64,000 nucleotides of DNA from an uncultured Acidobacteriota bacterium (GTDB lineage: Bacteria > Acidobacteriota > Blastocatellia > RBC074). Made by a program: the position numbers and the translations under genes. The notes beneath the pieces are model-generated. The model searched no databases. It was not told the origin of the DNA and saw nothing but the letters and a program-made list of their open reading frames with translations. Below, one piece after another: positions 1 to 11,643 of the stretch. The stretch lies in NCBI GenBank assembly GCA_963796275.1, contig CAWCKY010000001.1:448001-512000 (forward strand), written 5' to 3'. Position 1 is the stretch's first letter, and each line of letters begins with the position of its first letter.

Positions 1-174
1 CTGGTGAAACACCCGGTTTATAAACGCTACGTGCGAAAACGCTCGAAGTTTATGGCGCATAGCGATATCGAGGGAGTCTCGATCGGCGATCAGGTGCGGA
101 TAGTAGAGACCCGGCCCCTCTCGGCCCGTAAAAGATGGCGCGTCGTGGAGGTTTTGAGAAAGGCCAAAAAGTAG
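1..174 (+). CDS. rpsQ: 30S ribosomal protein S17 (5'-truncated by window edge)
   Basis: Frame 1 reads [20 protein letters not shown]...[18 protein letters not shown]; located directly before rplN. Confidence 0.96.
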   Translation: MVKHPVYKRYVRKRSKFMAHSDIEGVSIGDQVRIVETRPLSARKRWRVVEVLRKAKK

Positions 175-180
175 TTGACG

Positions 181-277
181 GCATTCGGTTGTCGGTATTC
201 GGTTGTCGGTTAGCAATGGGACCTGGTGTTTACCGCTAATCGGCAACCGAATACCGGCAACCGGTGACCGACAACCA
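181..277. repeat. Inverted 7-nt periodic repeat hairpin
   Basis: GGTTGTC GGTATTC GGTTGTC GGTTAGC ... GCTAATC GGCAACC GAATACC GGCAACC GGTGACC GACAACC; the two arms are complementary. Confidence 0.85.
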
Positions 278-287
278 AGGAGCAGCG

Positions 288-656
288 ATGATTCAAATGC
301 GTTCGGTTCTCGAGGTCGCCGACAATTCGGGAGCCAAAAAGATTGCGATGATTTTGCCTCTGGGCGGCAACACTGGATCGCGCGCCAGTTTGGGCGATGT
401 GATAACGGCTTCGGTTAAAGAAGCGAGCCCTGACGGCACAGTGAAGAAGAAGCAGGTGGTTAAAGCGGTTATCGTCCGCACCCGCAAGGAAGTCCGCCGC
501 AAGGATGGGACATATATTCGCTTCGATCAGAACGCTGCGGTTCTGATTAAGCCCGACGGGGAACCGATTGGCACCCGCGTCTTCGGTCCAGTCGCCCGCG
601 AGCTCCGCGAGCGCGGCTTTATGAAGATAGTGAGCCTTGCGCCGGAAGTTATTTGA
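288..656 (+). CDS. rplN: 50S ribosomal protein L14
   Basis: [17 protein letters not shown]...IVSLAPEVI; AAGGAG RBS before ATG 288. Confidence 0.98.
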   Translation: MIQMRSVLEVADNSGAKKIAMILPLGGNTGSRASLGDVITASVKEASPDGTVKKKQVVKAVIVRTRKEVRRKDGTYIRFDQNAAVLIKPDGEPIGTRVFGPVARELRERGFMKIVSLAPEVI

Positions 657-719
657 TCGATGGTTGCGGATAGTTAAGGGATTCTTCTCTCACCCGCAAT
701 AAATAAAGGTGACAAGCGA

Positions 720-1028
720 ATGAAGATCAAGAAAAACGACCAGGTGATGATCCTTTCCGGACGCGACAAAGGCAAGAGAGGGCGCGTCATTGAGGTATTG
801 ACGAAAAAAGGGAAGGTCATCGTCGAGGGAATAAATATCATGAAACATCACACGCGTCCGAACCGGCAGCGCGGAGTGGCGGGAGGGATCGTCGACCGCG
901 AGGCCCCCATAGACGCCTCGAACGTCATGGTGATCGAGGGAGGGAAACCTACCCGCGTGGGCTACCAGGTGCTGCAGGATGGCCGAAAGGTTCGCGTCTC
1001 GAAGAGGACCGGCGCGGTGATTGAGTAA
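720..1028 (+). CDS. rplX: 50S ribosomal protein L24
   Basis: KOW motif GRDKGKRG, EAPIDASNV; spc operon order. Confidence 0.98.
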   Translation: MKIKKNDQVMILSGRDKGKRGRVIEVLTKKGKVIVEGINIMKHHTRPNRQRGVAGGIVDREAPIDASNVMVIEGGKPTRVGYQVLQDGRKVRVSKRTGAVIE

Positions 1029-1112
1029 CAGAGAGGAGTGATGAGTTATGGGTCTGAGGCTCGGGAATTTTGGTTCCCAAATCTCGAATCCCATATCTCA
1101 AATCTGACAGAG

Positions 1113-1655
1113 ATGGCTGCACGACTGAAAGAGAAATACGCGAAAGAGATTACTCCGGCTTTGTCCAAGGAGTTCGCTTATAAGAACCCCATGAGCATTC
1201 CCAAGCTGGAGAAGATCGTAATCAACATGGGTCTGGGTGAGGCGATTCAAAACGCGAAGGTACTGGACGCTGCGGCGAGCGACCTGGGTACCATCGCGGG
1301 CCAGAAACCCGTCATCACGAAGGCCAAGAAATCGATCGCCGCATTCAAACTCCGCGAGGGTATGAGCATCGGCGCCACTGTCACATTGCGCGGCGACCGG
1401 ATGTATGAGTTTCTGGATCGTTTTATGAATATCGCGTTGCCGCGGGTGCGCGACTTTCGCGGCGTATCGCCCAAATCATTCGATGGGCGGGGCAATTACA
1501 CCATCGGCCTGCGCGACCAGTTGATCTTCCCCGAGATCGATTTCGGCAAGATCGACAAAGCGCGTGGGATGAATGTGTGCATAGTGACGACGGCTAAGAC
1601 CGACGAAGAGGCGCGTTCGCTCCTACGTCATCTGGGCATGCCGTTCAGGCAGTAA
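1113..1655 (+). CDS. rplE: 50S ribosomal protein L5
   Basis: MAARLKEKY...[11 protein letters not shown]...LPRVRDFRG; start moved to ATG 1113 because the upstream extension is repeat-derived. Confidence 0.97.
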   Translation: MAARLKEKYAKEITPALSKEFAYKNPMSIPKLEKIVINMGLGEAIQNAKVLDAAASDLGTIAGQKPVITKAKKSIAAFKLREGMSIGATVTLRGDRMYEFLDRFMNIALPRVRDFRGVSPKSFDGRGNYTIGLRDQLIFPEIDFGKIDKARGMNVCIVTTAKTDEEARSLLRHLGMPFRQ

Positions 1656-1656
1656 A

Positions 1657-1735
1657 AAAGTTTTAGTTTTTAGTTTTCAGTTAAATAGCAGTTACTGAAA
1701 ACTAAAATCTACGAACTGAAAACTGAAAACTTTTA
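1657..1735. repeat. Inverted 7-nt periodic repeat (AGTTTTC/GAAAACT type)
   Basis: agttttagtttttagttttcagtt ... actgaaaactaaaa...aactgaaaactgaaaact. Confidence 0.85.
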
Positions 1736-1740
1736 ACTAT

Positions 1741-1926
1741 ATGGCAAAAACTTCGAAAATGGTTCAGGCGAGCCGAAGGCCGAAATTCAAAGTACGCGGC
1801 TACAACCGGTGCAAGCGGTGCGGCCGCCCGCGCGGCTACTTGCGGAAGTTCAATATCTGTCGTATTTGCTTCCGTCAGTTGGCGCTTGATGGCCAGATTC
1901 CTGGTGTAACAAAATCGAGCTGGTAG
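1741..1926 (+). CDS. rpsN: 30S ribosomal protein S14, 61-aa zinc-binding type
   Basis: CKRC...CRIC zinc motif, [10 protein letters not shown]-terminus. Confidence 0.97.
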   Translation: MAKTSKMVQASRRPKFKVRGYNRCKRCGRPRGYLRKFNICRICFRQLALDGQIPGVTKSSW

Positions 1927-2043
1927 AAATCTGATAACCCTTAAGGGCTGGTCGAGATTGAGCCTCGGCCGGGGAGTGCGCTTCGCTCCGTCCCCGCTGG
2001 CCTGGATTTTGAAGCACTTTCTGAGTGGAGAGCATAGAAAATT

Positions 2044-2442
2044 ATGACGGATCCGATTGCAGATATGTTGACGCGCATGCGCAACGCTATTGGCGCGCGC
2101 CATACGAAGGTTGACCTTCCCGCTTCGCGTTTGAAGATAGAGGTCGCGCGCATTCTCAGAGAGGAAGGCTATATCACCAATTACAGCATCAAAACGACGG
2201 AAGGGAGCAATTCGCGGATGCTCAGGATATTCCTTCGTTACGGCACAAACGGCGAAAGCGTGATATCGCGGATCGAGCGGGTCTCCCGCCCCAGCCGTCG
2301 CGTCTATGTGCCCAGCAAGGGCATCAATAAGGTGTTGGGCGGGCTCGGAATCAACATCCTTAGCACCTCGCACGGAGTGATGACAGGCAAACAAGCGCGC
2401 AAATCGAATATCGGCGGTGAAATTCTGTGCAGCGTCTACTAG
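2044..2442 (+). CDS. rpsH: 30S ribosomal protein S8
   Basis: MTDPIADMLTRMRNA...GGEILCSVY. Confidence 0.98.
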   Translation: MTDPIADMLTRMRNAIGARHTKVDLPASRLKIEVARILREEGYITNYSIKTTEGSNSRMLRIFLRYGTNGESVISRIERVSRPSRRVYVPSKGINKVLGGLGINILSTSHGVMTGKQARKSNIGGEILCSVY

Positions 2443-2471
2443 CGCGCTGAGCAAATGCGCAAGAGGCAACT

Positions 2472-3026
2472 ATGTCAAGAGTCGGAAAGAAAATTATTGA
2501 TATCCCAAAAGACGTGAAGGTCACGATCAACGAATCCGCGATTGAGGTCCAGGGCCCGAAGGGAAAGCTCGAGCTAACTATCCCGAAAGGCATCAAGTTC
2601 AAGCTCGACGACGGCAAGCTCCAGGCTGAACGCGCCAACGATCAACTGACGGCGCTGCACGGGACTGCGCGCGCGCTGGTGGCCAATGCTGTCACGGGCG
2701 TCTCCCAAGGCTTCTCGCAGGAGATGGACATCGTCGGAGTCGGGTACAAGGCTGACCTGAGGGGACGGAGCATCTTCTTCGCCCTGGGTTATTCGCATCC
2801 GATCGAATTCCCGCTCCCGGAAGGCATCAACGCGAAAGTCGAGAAGATGCAGCGCACAATCAACCAGTACCAAACCACCGTCACTCTTTCGGGCATCGAC
2901 AAGGAATTGCTCGGTCAGATCGCAGCGAACATGAATCACCTGCGCAAACCCGATGCTTATAAAGGAAAAGGCGTGCGCTACGCTAACCGGCAGTTGAAGC
3001 TCAAACCGGGAAAGACCGGGAAATAA
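2472..3026 (+). CDS. rplF: 50S ribosomal protein L6
   Basis: MSRVGKK...GVGYKA...LGYSHP...[11 protein letters not shown]. Confidence 0.98.
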   Translation: MSRVGKKIIDIPKDVKVTINESAIEVQGPKGKLELTIPKGIKFKLDDGKLQAERANDQLTALHGTARALVANAVTGVSQGFSQEMDIVGVGYKADLRGRSIFFALGYSHPIEFPLPEGINAKVEKMQRTINQYQTTVTLSGIDKELLGQIAANMNHLRKPDAYKGKGVRYANRQLKLKPGKTGK

Positions 3027-3086
3027 GGTTGGCGATAAGTAAGCTTCTGTCGATAACACAGAGGCGGCGATACACAGAGAGGGGAA

Positions 3087-3446
<360 letters not shown>

Positions 3447-3508
3447 CAGTTGATTGCGGGCTACCAGTTTTATAGAAAACCGCAATCAGTAAGGGGAGAG
3501 TAGTTTTT

Positions 3509-4003
3509 ATGGAGAGAATTAACCCGGACGGGCTTGAATTGAAGGATCAGGTGATCTCAATCAACCGCGTCACAAAAGTGGTCAAGGGCGGTAAGAACCT
3601 CTCGTTCGCCGCGCTCGTCGTGGTAGGCGATCAGCACGGCATCGTCGGGTTCGGCACTGGTAAAGCCAAAGAGGTGCCTCAAGCGATCCGCAAGGCTATT
3701 GAGTCGGCTAAGCGAAACCTGATGCGCGTCCCGTTGGCCGGCACTACCCTGCCCCACCCTATGCTCGGTAAATTCGGCGCCGGCAAGGTCCTGCTCAAAC
3801 CTGCAGTTGAAGGCACCGGCGTTATCGCCGGCGGAGCGGTTCGCGCGGTGATGAACGCCGCCGGGGTGAGCAATATATTGACCAAATGTCTAGGATCGAA
3901 TAATCCTCACAACATCATCCGGGCGACATTCGATGCCTTGAAGAACATGAGGAGCCCTGAGGAGGTCGCGCGTCTGCGCGGGCGCACGGTGGAGGAGCTA
4001 TAA
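3509..4003 (+). CDS. rpsE: 30S ribosomal protein S5
   Basis: [11 protein letters not shown]...[13 protein letters not shown]. Confidence 0.98.
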   Translation: MERINPDGLELKDQVISINRVTKVVKGGKNLSFAALVVVGDQHGIVGFGTGKAKEVPQAIRKAIESAKRNLMRVPLAGTTLPHPMLGKFGAGKVLLKPAVEGTGVIAGGAVRAVMNAAGVSNILTKCLGSNNPHNIIRATFDALKNMRSPEEVARLRGRTVEEL

Positions 4004-4007
4004 GGCA

Positions 4008-4196
4008 ATGGCTAAAGAGACGAAGAAGATCAGGATTCAATGGTATCGCAGCATTATTGCGACTCCGCAGAAGCATAAAGTCATAGTCCGGAGCCTGGGC
4101 TTCACCAAGCTCAATCAAATCGTCGAGCGCCCGGACAACGAATCAATTCGCGGGATGGTTGCGAAGATCCCGCACCTGTTGAGAATAGTAGAGTAA
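4008..4196 (+). CDS. rpmD: 50S ribosomal protein L30
   Basis: RSIIAT...[23 protein letters not shown]; between rpsE and rplO. Confidence 0.96.
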   Translation: MAKETKKIRIQWYRSIIATPQKHKVIVRSLGFTKLNQIVERPDNESIRGMVAKIPHLLRIVE

Positions 4197-4198
4197 AT

Positions 4199-4654
4199 AT
4201 GGCAATAGGGTTAAATAAACTGAAAGCGCCGGCTGGCTCGACACACAAAAAGAAGCGGGTGGGGCGCGGGCCGGGATCCGGATTGGGCAAAACCGCTGGT
4301 CGCGGGAACAAAGGCCAAAAGTCACGGTCTGGTTACTCGATGAAGCGCGGATTCGAAGGCGGCCAGATGCCGCTTCATCGCCGTCTGCCCAAGCGCGGCT
4401 TCACCAATATCTTCAAGCGCGAATGGGCGGAAGTTAATATCTCCGACCTCGAGAAATATTTCCAGAATGACGCCAGCGTAACGCCTGAGGCGCTCGTCGA
4501 GCATGGGCTGGTTCGCAAGTCAATGCTGAAATCTATCGTCATTCTGGGTCAGGGGGAACTAAAGAAAAAGCTCACGGTCAACGCTCATCGCTTCAGCGCG
4601 TCCGCGAAGCAGAAGATCGAAGCCGCCGGCGGTCAAGCAGTAGTTAGTAGTTAA
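4199..4654 (+). CDS. rplO: 50S ribosomal protein L15
   Basis: [17 protein letters not shown]...[18 protein letters not shown]. Confidence 0.98.
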   Translation: MAIGLNKLKAPAGSTHKKKRVGRGPGSGLGKTAGRGNKGQKSRSGYSMKRGFEGGQMPLHRRLPKRGFTNIFKREWAEVNISDLEKYFQNDASVTPEALVEHGLVRKSMLKSIVILGQGELKKKLTVNAHRFSASAKQKIEAAGGQAVVSS

Positions 4655-4700
4655 TTGATAATTGATAATGGATAATTGATAATTGCCGATTGGCAGTTGA
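4652..4700. repeat. Tandem heptamer TAATTGA
   Basis: taattga taattga taatgga taattga taattgc. Confidence 0.85.
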
Positions 4701-4740
4701 CGTTTTTTCAATCGGTTACATTACCCATTATGGAGTTGTT

Positions 4741-6147
4741 ATGATTGAGTCATTTTTCAGCGCGGTCCGCAATCTGTACAAAGTTCCCGACCTGCGGAAG
4801 CGGGTGATCTTTACGCTGGTAGTGCTCGCCATCTATCGCGCAGGGATACACATTCCCGTTCCCGGCGTTGATTTGGAGGTTCTTACACAGATATGGTCCC
4901 AGGCAGCGCAGAATCTTTTCGGTGTTCTCGATCTTTTCTCAGGCGGTAATTTTCGAAGGATATCCATATTCGCGCTCGGGATTATGCCGTACATCACGGC
5001 CTCGATCATTCTCCAACTGATGACCTCAGTCTACCCGCAACTGAAGAAGATTCAGGAAGAAGGTGAACTGGGGCGACGCAAGATCACACAATACACCCGA
5101 TATCTGACTGTTCTGCTCTGTTTCGTTCAGGGCATCGGCATTTCGTTCTGGCTGCAGCGACAGCCGGGGCTGGTGATAGGCGGGGGAGGCATCGGCTTCG
5201 TCCTGATGGCTACTTTGACAATGGCCACCGGGACAATTTTTATCATGTGGCTCGGTGAGCAGATTACTGAGCGCGGAATCGGCAACGGGATCAGTTTGCT
5301 CATCTTCGCCGGAATCGTCGTCGGTCTGCCCAATGCAATTGTGCAGCTATACCAGACGATTCAAGACCCGCAATCTGCGCTCTTCGTCTTGTTCCTTTGC
5401 ATAGTGATGTTATTGGTGATCTTCGGTATCGTGTTCTTCGAACGCGGTACGCGGAAGATACCGACCAACCACACGCGGCGGATGGTCGGCCGCCAGATGG
5501 TACAAACACAATCGTCGCATCTGCCCCTGAAAGTAAATATCGCGGGCGTGATACCTGTGATATTCGCTTCATCGGTACTCGCGATTCCGACGACGCTTTT
5601 GACCTTCGGGGATTGGAACTGGCTGAAAACGTTCACCGGATGGCTGAACGGAGGCCATCCGTTTTACGAGACGCTCTTTATTTCGTTGATCATCATCTTT
5701 GCGTTCTTCTATGTCTCGATCGTCTTCAATGCAGACGAGGTCGCGGAGAACTTGCGAAAACAGGGCGCATTTGTCCCGGGTATCCGTCCTGGAAAACGCA
5801 CGGCCGATTATCTCAACTCGATTCTGGTACGGTTGACGTCTGTCGGGGCGGTCTATCTGGTCGTCGTTTGTCTGATCCCGCAATTGATGATCAGCGGGTT
5901 CAAGGTGCAAGCTATACCTTTCATCGGCGAGACGCTCTACACGCTGATTGAAGGAGTACCCGGATTAAGTTGGATTCCTAATGGATTAGGCTTTTCATTC
6001 TATTTTGGCGGCACTAGTTTGCTGATCGTCGTCGGCGTGGCGATGGACACAATCAGCCAGGTAGAGGCACAGTTGGTCATGCGCCACTACGATGGATTTC
6101 TTGGTTCTCGCGGTGGGAGACTTCGCGGTCGCCGGGCTACATCGTAG
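4741..6147 (+). CDS. secY: Preprotein translocase SecY
   Basis: [52 protein letters not shown]; GGAG RBS before ATG 4741. Confidence 0.98.
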   Translation: MIESFFSAVRNLYKVPDLRKRVIFTLVVLAIYRAGIHIPVPGVDLEVLTQIWSQAAQNLFGVLDLFSGGNFRRISIFALGIMPYITASIILQLMTSVYPQLKKIQEEGELGRRKITQYTRYLTVLLCFVQGIGISFWLQRQPGLVIGGGGIGFVLMATLTMATGTIFIMWLGEQITERGIGNGISLLIFAGIVVGLPNAIVQLYQTIQDPQSALFVLFLCIVMLLVIFGIVFFERGTRKIPTNHTRRMVGRQMVQTQSSHLPLKVNIAGVIPVIFASSVLAIPTTLLTFGDWNWLKTFTGWLNGGHPFYETLFISLIIIFAFFYVSIVFNADEVAENLRKQGAFVPGIRPGKRTADYLNSILVRLTSVGAVYLVVVCLIPQLMISGFKVQAIPFIGETLYTLIEGVPGLSWIPNGLGFSFYFGGTSLLIVVGVAMDTISQVEAQLVMRHYDGFLGSRGGRLRGRRATS

Positions 6148-6209
6148 TAAGTGAAAATTGCCCGTGGCCGGCTATGCCGTATATTGTCAAAGAGGCACAG
6201 GCTACCACG

Positions 6210-6872
6210 ATGTCGAAGATTATAGTGATGATTGGGGCGCCGGGCGCCGGAAAGGGTACACAGGCGCGGTTGCTCTCTGAAAATTTCGGCTATCCTCAAA
6301 TCTCTACCGGGGACATTCTGCGTGAGATGGCTCAGGCCGACACCCCGCTCGGGAAAGAGATAAAAGAGACACAAGCATCGGGAAAACTGGTGAGCGATCA
6401 GATACTCGAACAGGTCATTTCTAACCGAACCTCAAACGAGGACTGCAAGAATGGATTTATTCTCGATGGTTATCCACGCACGCTTGAGCAGGCCAGGAAG
6501 CTGGAGGAACTGGCGGCGAACCAGAAAAAAGAGGTGCTGCTGGTCCGCGTCGCGGTGCAGGAGGATTTGTTATTCAAGCGCCTGACCGGTCGGGGCATCT
6601 GTTCCAAGTGCGGAGAGATTTACAATACTTACTACAGACCCCCGAAGCGGGAAGGCTATTGCGATCTCGACGGGGCGCCCCTCCTGCAGCGCGGCGATGA
6701 CGCTCCCGAAACAGTCAGACGCAGATTTGAAGCCTATCGAGCCGCGACGGCGCCTTTGGTCGATTATTATCGGGAAAGCGGCCGCCTTATTCAAATCGAT
6801 GGCGAGCGCCCGGTCGATGAGATTTTCAAGCAGCTCTCCGACATCGTCGCAGCATCATCGGCTGATATATAA
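6210..6872 (+). CDS. adk: Adenylate kinase (zinc LID)
   Basis: [26 protein letters not shown]...CDLD. Confidence 0.97.
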   Translation: MSKIIVMIGAPGAGKGTQARLLSENFGYPQISTGDILREMAQADTPLGKEIKETQASGKLVSDQILEQVISNRTSNEDCKNGFILDGYPRTLEQARKLEELAANQKKEVLLVRVAVQEDLLFKRLTGRGICSKCGEIYNTYYRPPKREGYCDLDGAPLLQRGDDAPETVRRRFEAYRAATAPLVDYYRESGRLIQIDGERPVDEIFKQLSDIVAASSADI

Positions 6873-6941
6873 AAAGAGGTTCTGAGATGCTGTTCTCTGC
6901 CTCTCTGGCCTGAGAAATGGCGCAAGAAGCAAGAAAGCTAG

Positions 6942-7709
6942 ATGGTTATTCGTAAATCACGCAATGAAATTGAGAAGATGCGACTTGCCGGGTTGGTGGT
7001 GGCCGAAACGCTGCGCGAGCTGCGAAAGATGATCGAGCCCGGTATCACGACACGCGAACTCGATGCTTTTGCGGAGAAGCGGATTCGATCAACGGGAGCT
7101 TATCCGACCTTCAAAGGCTATCGCGGGTTTCCCGCTTCGATCTGCGCATCGGTAAACGATGAGGTCGTTCACGGTATTCCATCACAGCGCAAACTTCGCG
7201 AAGGCGATATCATCAAGATTGATTGCGGCGCAACTCTCAATGGATATGTGGGTGATGCCGCGATCACGGTGGGTGTGGGCCGCATTTCGCCGGAGATCGA
7301 GAACCTCATGCAGATAACCCGCGAGTCGCTCTTCCAGGCTGTGGAGAAGATGGTTCCTGGGAACCGCCTCTACGATGTCTCTTACGCTGTGCAGGAATAT
7401 GTCGAAACGCGGGGTTATACAGTGGTCCGCGAATTTTGCGGTCACGGGATAGGCCAGAAGATGCACGAAGACCCGCAGGTCCCCAATTATGGCCGTCCGG
7501 GCACGGGGCCGAAGCTGAAAGAAGGCTGGGTTCTGGCGGTAGAACCGATGGTCAACGCCGGAACGCACGATGTACATATTCTTCCCGACGGATGGACCGT
7601 GAAGACCAAAGACGGAAAAGCCTCATCGCATTTCGAGCATACAATCGCGGTCACCGAAAATGGCCCGCAGGTTCTGACCGCGTTGGAGGATGGGGCTCTT
7701 CACCTTTAA
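6942..7709 (+). CDS. map: Methionine aminopeptidase type I
   Basis: [27 protein letters not shown]. Confidence 0.97.
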   Translation: MVIRKSRNEIEKMRLAGLVVAETLRELRKMIEPGITTRELDAFAEKRIRSTGAYPTFKGYRGFPASICASVNDEVVHGIPSQRKLREGDIIKIDCGATLNGYVGDAAITVGVGRISPEIENLMQITRESLFQAVEKMVPGNRLYDVSYAVQEYVETRGYTVVREFCGHGIGQKMHEDPQVPNYGRPGTGPKLKEGWVLAVEPMVNAGTHDVHILPDGWTVKTKDGKASSHFEHTIAVTENGPQVLTALEDGALHL

Positions 7710-7713
7710 TAGG

Positions 7714-7741
7714 TTGCAAAATAAGCATTAAGGGCTATAAT
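7714..7741 (+). promoter_or_regulatory. Putative sigma70 promoter of the infA-rpmJ-alpha operon
   Basis: TTGCAA-16 nt-TATAAT. Confidence 0.6.
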
Positions 7742-7788
7742 GCTAGTTTCGCAATTTAGTAGTTCACATATAAAATTTATAAGAGGGT

Positions 7789-8007
7789 ATGTCAAAAGAA
7801 GATGCCATTGAGGTACAAGCGACAGTACTTGAGACGCTGCCCAATGCGATGTTTAAAGTCGAATTGGATAATAAGCATCAGGTTTTAGCGCACATCTCAG
7901 GGCGAATGCGAAAGAACTTCATAAAGATTCTGCCGGGCGACAAGGTATTGGTAGAACTCTCACCTTACGATTTGACGCGTGGCAGAATAGTTTATCGGTT
8001 TAAGTAG
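7789..8007 (+). CDS. infA: Translation initiation factor IF-1
   Basis: MSKEDAIEV...LPNAMF...[10 protein letters not shown]. Confidence 0.98.
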   Translation: MSKEDAIEVQATVLETLPNAMFKVELDNKHQVLAHISGRMRKNFIKILPGDKVLVELSPYDLTRGRIVYRFK

Positions 8008-8058
8008 TTCCGCAAATTCCCTTCACAACGCTGCCCTCTAGACCAGGCGAGTATAGAT

Positions 8059-8172
8059 ATGAAAGTTAGAGCATCTGTAAAAAAAATCTGCGACAAGTGC
8101 AAGATCATACACCGCCACGGCGTAGTTCGCATCATCTGCGTGAACCCGAAGCACAAACAGAGGCAGGGATAA
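8059..8172 (+). CDS. rpmJ: 50S ribosomal protein L36 (missing from the ORF track)
   Basis: [37 protein letters not shown]. Confidence 0.98.
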   Translation: MKVRASVKKICDKCKIIHRHGVVRIICVNPKHKQRQG

Positions 8173-8272
8173 GCAGAGGCAGGGATAATACGATGGCGAA
8201 ATGCGGATATGGATGCGGATATATGGGACCTCCTTTTAATCCGCTTGCCACAATCAATAACGGAGGAGATAG

Positions 8273-8656
8273 ATGGCTCGTGTAGCAGGGGTAGACCTAC
8301 CACCGCAAAAGCGCGCGCAAATAGGTTTGACATATATTTACGGCATCGGCAAATCGCGCGCGACCAGCATTCTCAACGAAGCAAAAGTCGATTACAACAA
8401 GAAGGTCCGGGAACTGAGTGAAGATGAACTCAACCGCATCCGCGCTATAGTCGACCAGCAGGGCAGTATCGAGGGCGACCTGCGAAAGCAGATCCAGCTC
8501 GACATCAAGCGTTTAATGGATATCGGCTGCTACCGTGGGTTGCGCCACCGCAGAGGACTTCCGGTCCGCGGGCAACGCACACACACCAATGCGCGCACGC
8601 GCAAAGGCCCGCGCCGCGCCACGATCGCGAAGAAGAAAGCTCCGGGTAAGAAGTAA
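8273..8656 (+). CDS. rpsM: 30S ribosomal protein S13
   Basis: [10 protein letters not shown]...[19 protein letters not shown]. Confidence 0.98.
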   Translation: MARVAGVDLPPQKRAQIGLTYIYGIGKSRATSILNEAKVDYNKKVRELSEDELNRIRAIVDQQGSIEGDLRKQIQLDIKRLMDIGCYRGLRHRRGLPVRGQRTHTNARTRKGPRRATIAKKKAPGKK

Positions 8657-8659
8657 GAA

Positions 8660-8760
8660 AAGGTTTCAGTTTTCAGTTTTAGGTTTTAGTTTTTCTTCTC
8701 AAAAAACTGAAAACCGAAAACTGAGAACTGAAGACCTAAGACTGAAAACTGAAAACTGAT
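8660..8760. repeat. Inverted 7-nt periodic repeat (TTTTCAG/CTGAAAA)
   Basis: ggtttcagttttcagttttagg... ctgaaaa ccgaaaa ctgagaa ctgaaga cctaaga ctgaaaa ctgaaaa. Confidence 0.88.
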
Positions 8761-8762
8761 TT

Positions 8763-9170
8763 ATGGCAAAACAACAACAGTCCTCGACAAAAAAGAAAGT
8801 ATTCAAGAAGAAAGAGAAGAAGGTCGTCCCTCAGGGTGTCATTCACATCCAGGCGACTTTCAATAATACGCTGATCAGCATCACCGATCTGGAAGGCAAA
8901 CTGGTGTCGCAATGTTCGGCTGGCGCGATGGGGTTCCGCGGATCGCGCAAGGGCACGCCGTTCGCGGCGCAACAGGCGGCGAGCAAAGCTGCGGCCGGGG
9001 CACGCGATTGCGGGATGAGGAGTTGTGAAGTGCGGGTCAAAGGGCCGGGCTCCGGGCGCGAATCGGCCATCCGCGCTATTCAGTCCGCAGGGATCGATGT
9101 CAAAATAATCCGCGATGTCACACCGATTCCTCATAATGGATGCCGACCGCCCAAGCGTCGTAGAGTTTAG
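8763..9170 (+). CDS. rpsK: 30S ribosomal protein S11
   Basis: [41 protein letters not shown]. Confidence 0.98.
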   Translation: MAKQQQSSTKKKVFKKKEKKVVPQGVIHIQATFNNTLISITDLEGKLVSQCSAGAMGFRGSRKGTPFAAQQAASKAAAGARDCGMRSCEVRVKGPGSGRESAIRAIQSAGIDVKIIRDVTPIPHNGCRPPKRRRV

Positions 9171-9188
9171 AAAATGGAGGAATAAAGA

Positions 9189-9824
9189 GTGGCAAGAGAT
9201 AGAGGTAAACAATGTCGTTTCTGCCGGCGCGAGGGGATGAAGCTCTACCTCAAAGGCGAGAAATGTTATAAGCCTTCGTGCCCGATTGAGAAGCGGGGGA
9301 CCAATCCGCCCGGCCAGCACGGCCCCAACGCAAAGCGCAAACCTATCGGATACGGCGAGCAGTTGCGCGAGAAACAACGCGTCAAACGCATCTACAACCT
9401 GCTCGAGACGCAGTTCCGCAACTATTTCGAGAAGGCGGCTCGCCAGAAGGGTGTTACGGGTGAAATCCTTCTCTCGCTTCTGGAGCGCCGTCTGGACAAT
9501 GTTATCTACCGTCTGGGGTTCGCCATGTCCCGCCGCCAGGCGCGCCAGTTTGTTCGTCACGGTCATGTCAGCGTCAACGGTAAGAAGGTCGACATCCCCT
9601 CATTCCAGGTCAGGATCGGGGATGAAATTTCCGTCCGCGAGAAGAGCATGAATAATGCTCATATCCAGGGAGCCTTCCAAACCTCCGGCGGCCGCGGCCG
9701 CCCCACATGGCTCGAGATCGTCAATCCGGACAAGCTCGTCGGTCGTGTCATCGCGCAGCCGCGACGCGAGGATATCGATCAAAATATCAACGAACAGCTG
9801 ATCGTCGAGTTGTACAGCAAGTAG
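9189..9824 (+). CDS. rpsD: 30S ribosomal protein S4
   Basis: CRFCRREG...QLREKQ...LERRLDNV...LIVELYSK; GTG start with GGAGG RBS. Confidence 0.98.
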   Translation: MARDRGKQCRFCRREGMKLYLKGEKCYKPSCPIEKRGTNPPGQHGPNAKRKPIGYGEQLREKQRVKRIYNLLETQFRNYFEKAARQKGVTGEILLSLLERRLDNVIYRLGFAMSRRQARQFVRHGHVSVNGKKVDIPSFQVRIGDEISVREKSMNNAHIQGAFQTSGGRGRPTWLEIVNPDKLVGRVIAQPRREDIDQNINEQLIVELYSK

Positions 9825-9896
9825 TTGTACCCATGGATCAGCAATCTGTGAGGTGCAAAATTGATTGGCATAGATAAAGTCAAAGTTGGGAGAGAA

Positions 9897-10895
9897 ATGG
9901 TAGCTACCACGTGGACCGGATTCCAGAAACCGAAGCGTCTGTCATGCGAAACCATGACCGATCGCTATGGGCGCTTTTCCGCCCAGCCCTTCGAGCGCGG
10001 TTTCGGTACGACGATTGGCAATAGCCTGCGCCGCGCCCTGCTCTCATCAATCGAGGGGGCAGCGATAACCGCCGTGCGTATCGAGGGTGTGTTGCACGAG
10101 TTCTCCTCAATCCCCGGTGTGGTTGAGGATGCGACTGACATAATTCTCAATCTCAAACAAATCCCCTTCAAGCTCCACTCAGGCGAAACGAAAACCCTGC
10201 GCGTTTCACGTTCCGAACAGGGAGAAATGAAATCAGGCGATATCGAGGCGGATAGTGACGTAGAGGTGCTCGATCCGAATATCCATATCGCGACGGTGAG
10301 TGAGGGGGGGAACCTCAATGTCGAGCTGCGTCTCAAGCGAGGACGCGGTTATATTTCGGCAGACCGCAACTTCGACGATGACCTGCCGGTCGGTTATATC
10401 CCGGTGGATTCCGTTCATTCGCCGATTAAAAAGGTCAATTTTCAGGTCGAAGCCGCTCGTCTGGGACAGGATACCGATTACGACAAGCTTCTGCTCGAGG
10501 TATGGACCAACGGCAGCGTGACGCCGGAACACGCCATAGGTCTGGCCGCCAAACTGATCAAAGATCATATGGCGATCTTCATCAACTTTGAAGAAGACGT
10601 ACAAGAGCAGCCCGAGCCGGTCGTGCAAAAAACGCTTGCGCCGGCCAACGAGCATCTCGATAAATCGGTCGACGAACTTGAGCTTTCAGTCCGCTCATAT
10701 AACTGTTTAAAGAACTCTGACATCAAGACGATCCGCGATCTGGTTCAGAAGAGCGAAGCCGAGATGCTCAAGACCAAAAACTTCGGGCGCAAGTCGCTCA
10801 ACGAAATCAAGGATATCCTGACGACGATGGGGCTGAGCCTTGGGATGAAGTTCGACGAGCACGGCAATCTGGTAAAAGGCCCCGAACAGGAATGA
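9897..10895 (+). CDS. rpoA: RNA polymerase alpha subunit
   Basis: [36 protein letters not shown]. Confidence 0.98.
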   Translation: MVATTWTGFQKPKRLSCETMTDRYGRFSAQPFERGFGTTIGNSLRRALLSSIEGAAITAVRIEGVLHEFSSIPGVVEDATDIILNLKQIPFKLHSGETKTLRVSRSEQGEMKSGDIEADSDVEVLDPNIHIATVSEGGNLNVELRLKRGRGYISADRNFDDDLPVGYIPVDSVHSPIKKVNFQVEAARLGQDTDYDKLLLEVWTNGSVTPEHAIGLAAKLIKDHMAIFINFEEDVQEQPEPVVQKTLAPANEHLDKSVDELELSVRSYNCLKNSDIKTIRDLVQKSEAEMLKTKNFGRKSLNEIKDILTTMGLSLGMKFDEHGNLVKGPEQE

Positions 10896-10896
10896 G

Positions 10897-11020
10897 ATCG
10901 GTAGTCGGGTGCCAGTTGCCGGTTATCGGTTCGTAATTAACGGGTCACGGTCAGTGAGCAACCACTACGAGCCATTGTTTGCGAACCGCCAACCGGCTCC
11001 CGGCTACCATCAACCATTAG
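10897..11020. repeat. Inverted degenerate 7-nt periodic repeat
   Basis: ggtagtc gggtgcc agttgcc ggttatc ggttcg ... cgaacc gccaacc ggctccc ggctacc atcaacc. Confidence 0.7.
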
Positions 11021-11030
11021 GAATAAAATC

Positions 11031-11534
11031 ATGAGACATCTTGTCGCACATCGGAAATTAGGCCGCACCTCCTCGCACAGGAAAGCGCTCTTGCGCAACC
11101 TGTGCACATCGCTGGTGCTGAGCGAAAGGATCATCACGACTCTGCCGAAGGCCAAAGAGTTGCGCCCGTTTGCCGAACGCGCAATCACGCTCGGACGCCG
11201 GGCGCGGGTTGCGCGCGAGTCGGGACAGGACGAGGTGGCGCTCCATGCTACGCGGCAAGCTGCTGCGTTCTTCTTCCCCGGTAACAGCGGTTATGGAAGC
11301 AAGCAGCACGATCAGAAAGCTCCACGAGTGGCAGGTGTCGCTGCGCTGCAAAAACTCACTGGCGAGCTGGCGGAACGATTCGCCGAGCGTCCCGGCGGTT
11401 ATACGCGCATCTATAAATTGGGCCCTCGCAAAGGAGACGGCGCCGAAATGGCATTGATCGAATTCATCGGCAGCGAAGCCAAGAATGTAGCCACAGATAA
11501 AGGCGAGAAGACAGATAAAGCGGCGAAGAAATAA
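11031..11534 (+). CDS. rplQ: 50S ribosomal protein L17 with internal insertions
   Basis: MRHLVAHRKLGRTSSHRKA, TTLPKAKELR, RPGGYTRI, RKGDGAEMA. Confidence 0.97.
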   Translation: MRHLVAHRKLGRTSSHRKALLRNLCTSLVLSERIITTLPKAKELRPFAERAITLGRRARVARESGQDEVALHATRQAAAFFFPGNSGYGSKQHDQKAPRVAGVAALQKLTGELAERFAERPGGYTRIYKLGPRKGDGAEMALIEFIGSEAKNVATDKGEKTDKAAKK

Positions 11535-11572
11535 GACTCCCAACAGGGAGGTGATTTCTCGCACAGGACATG

Positions 11573-11612
11573 AAAGCCTCAACCGTGCGAGGCATCACAC
11601 GGTTGAGGCTTT
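11573..11612 (+). terminator. Intrinsic terminator of the alpha operon
   Basis: AAAGCCTCAACCGTG / CACGGTTGAGGCTTT 15-bp stem. Confidence 0.8.
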
Positions 11613-11643
11613 AAATTTGTAGAGATGGAAACCATGGCAATCT

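Noticed and set aside
1038-1112. N-terminal extension of L5 (similar extensions in the SecY, RpoA, PhoD and HppA ORF calls)
   Set aside because: ORF-finder overextension into spacer or repeat DNA; canonical starts lie downstream
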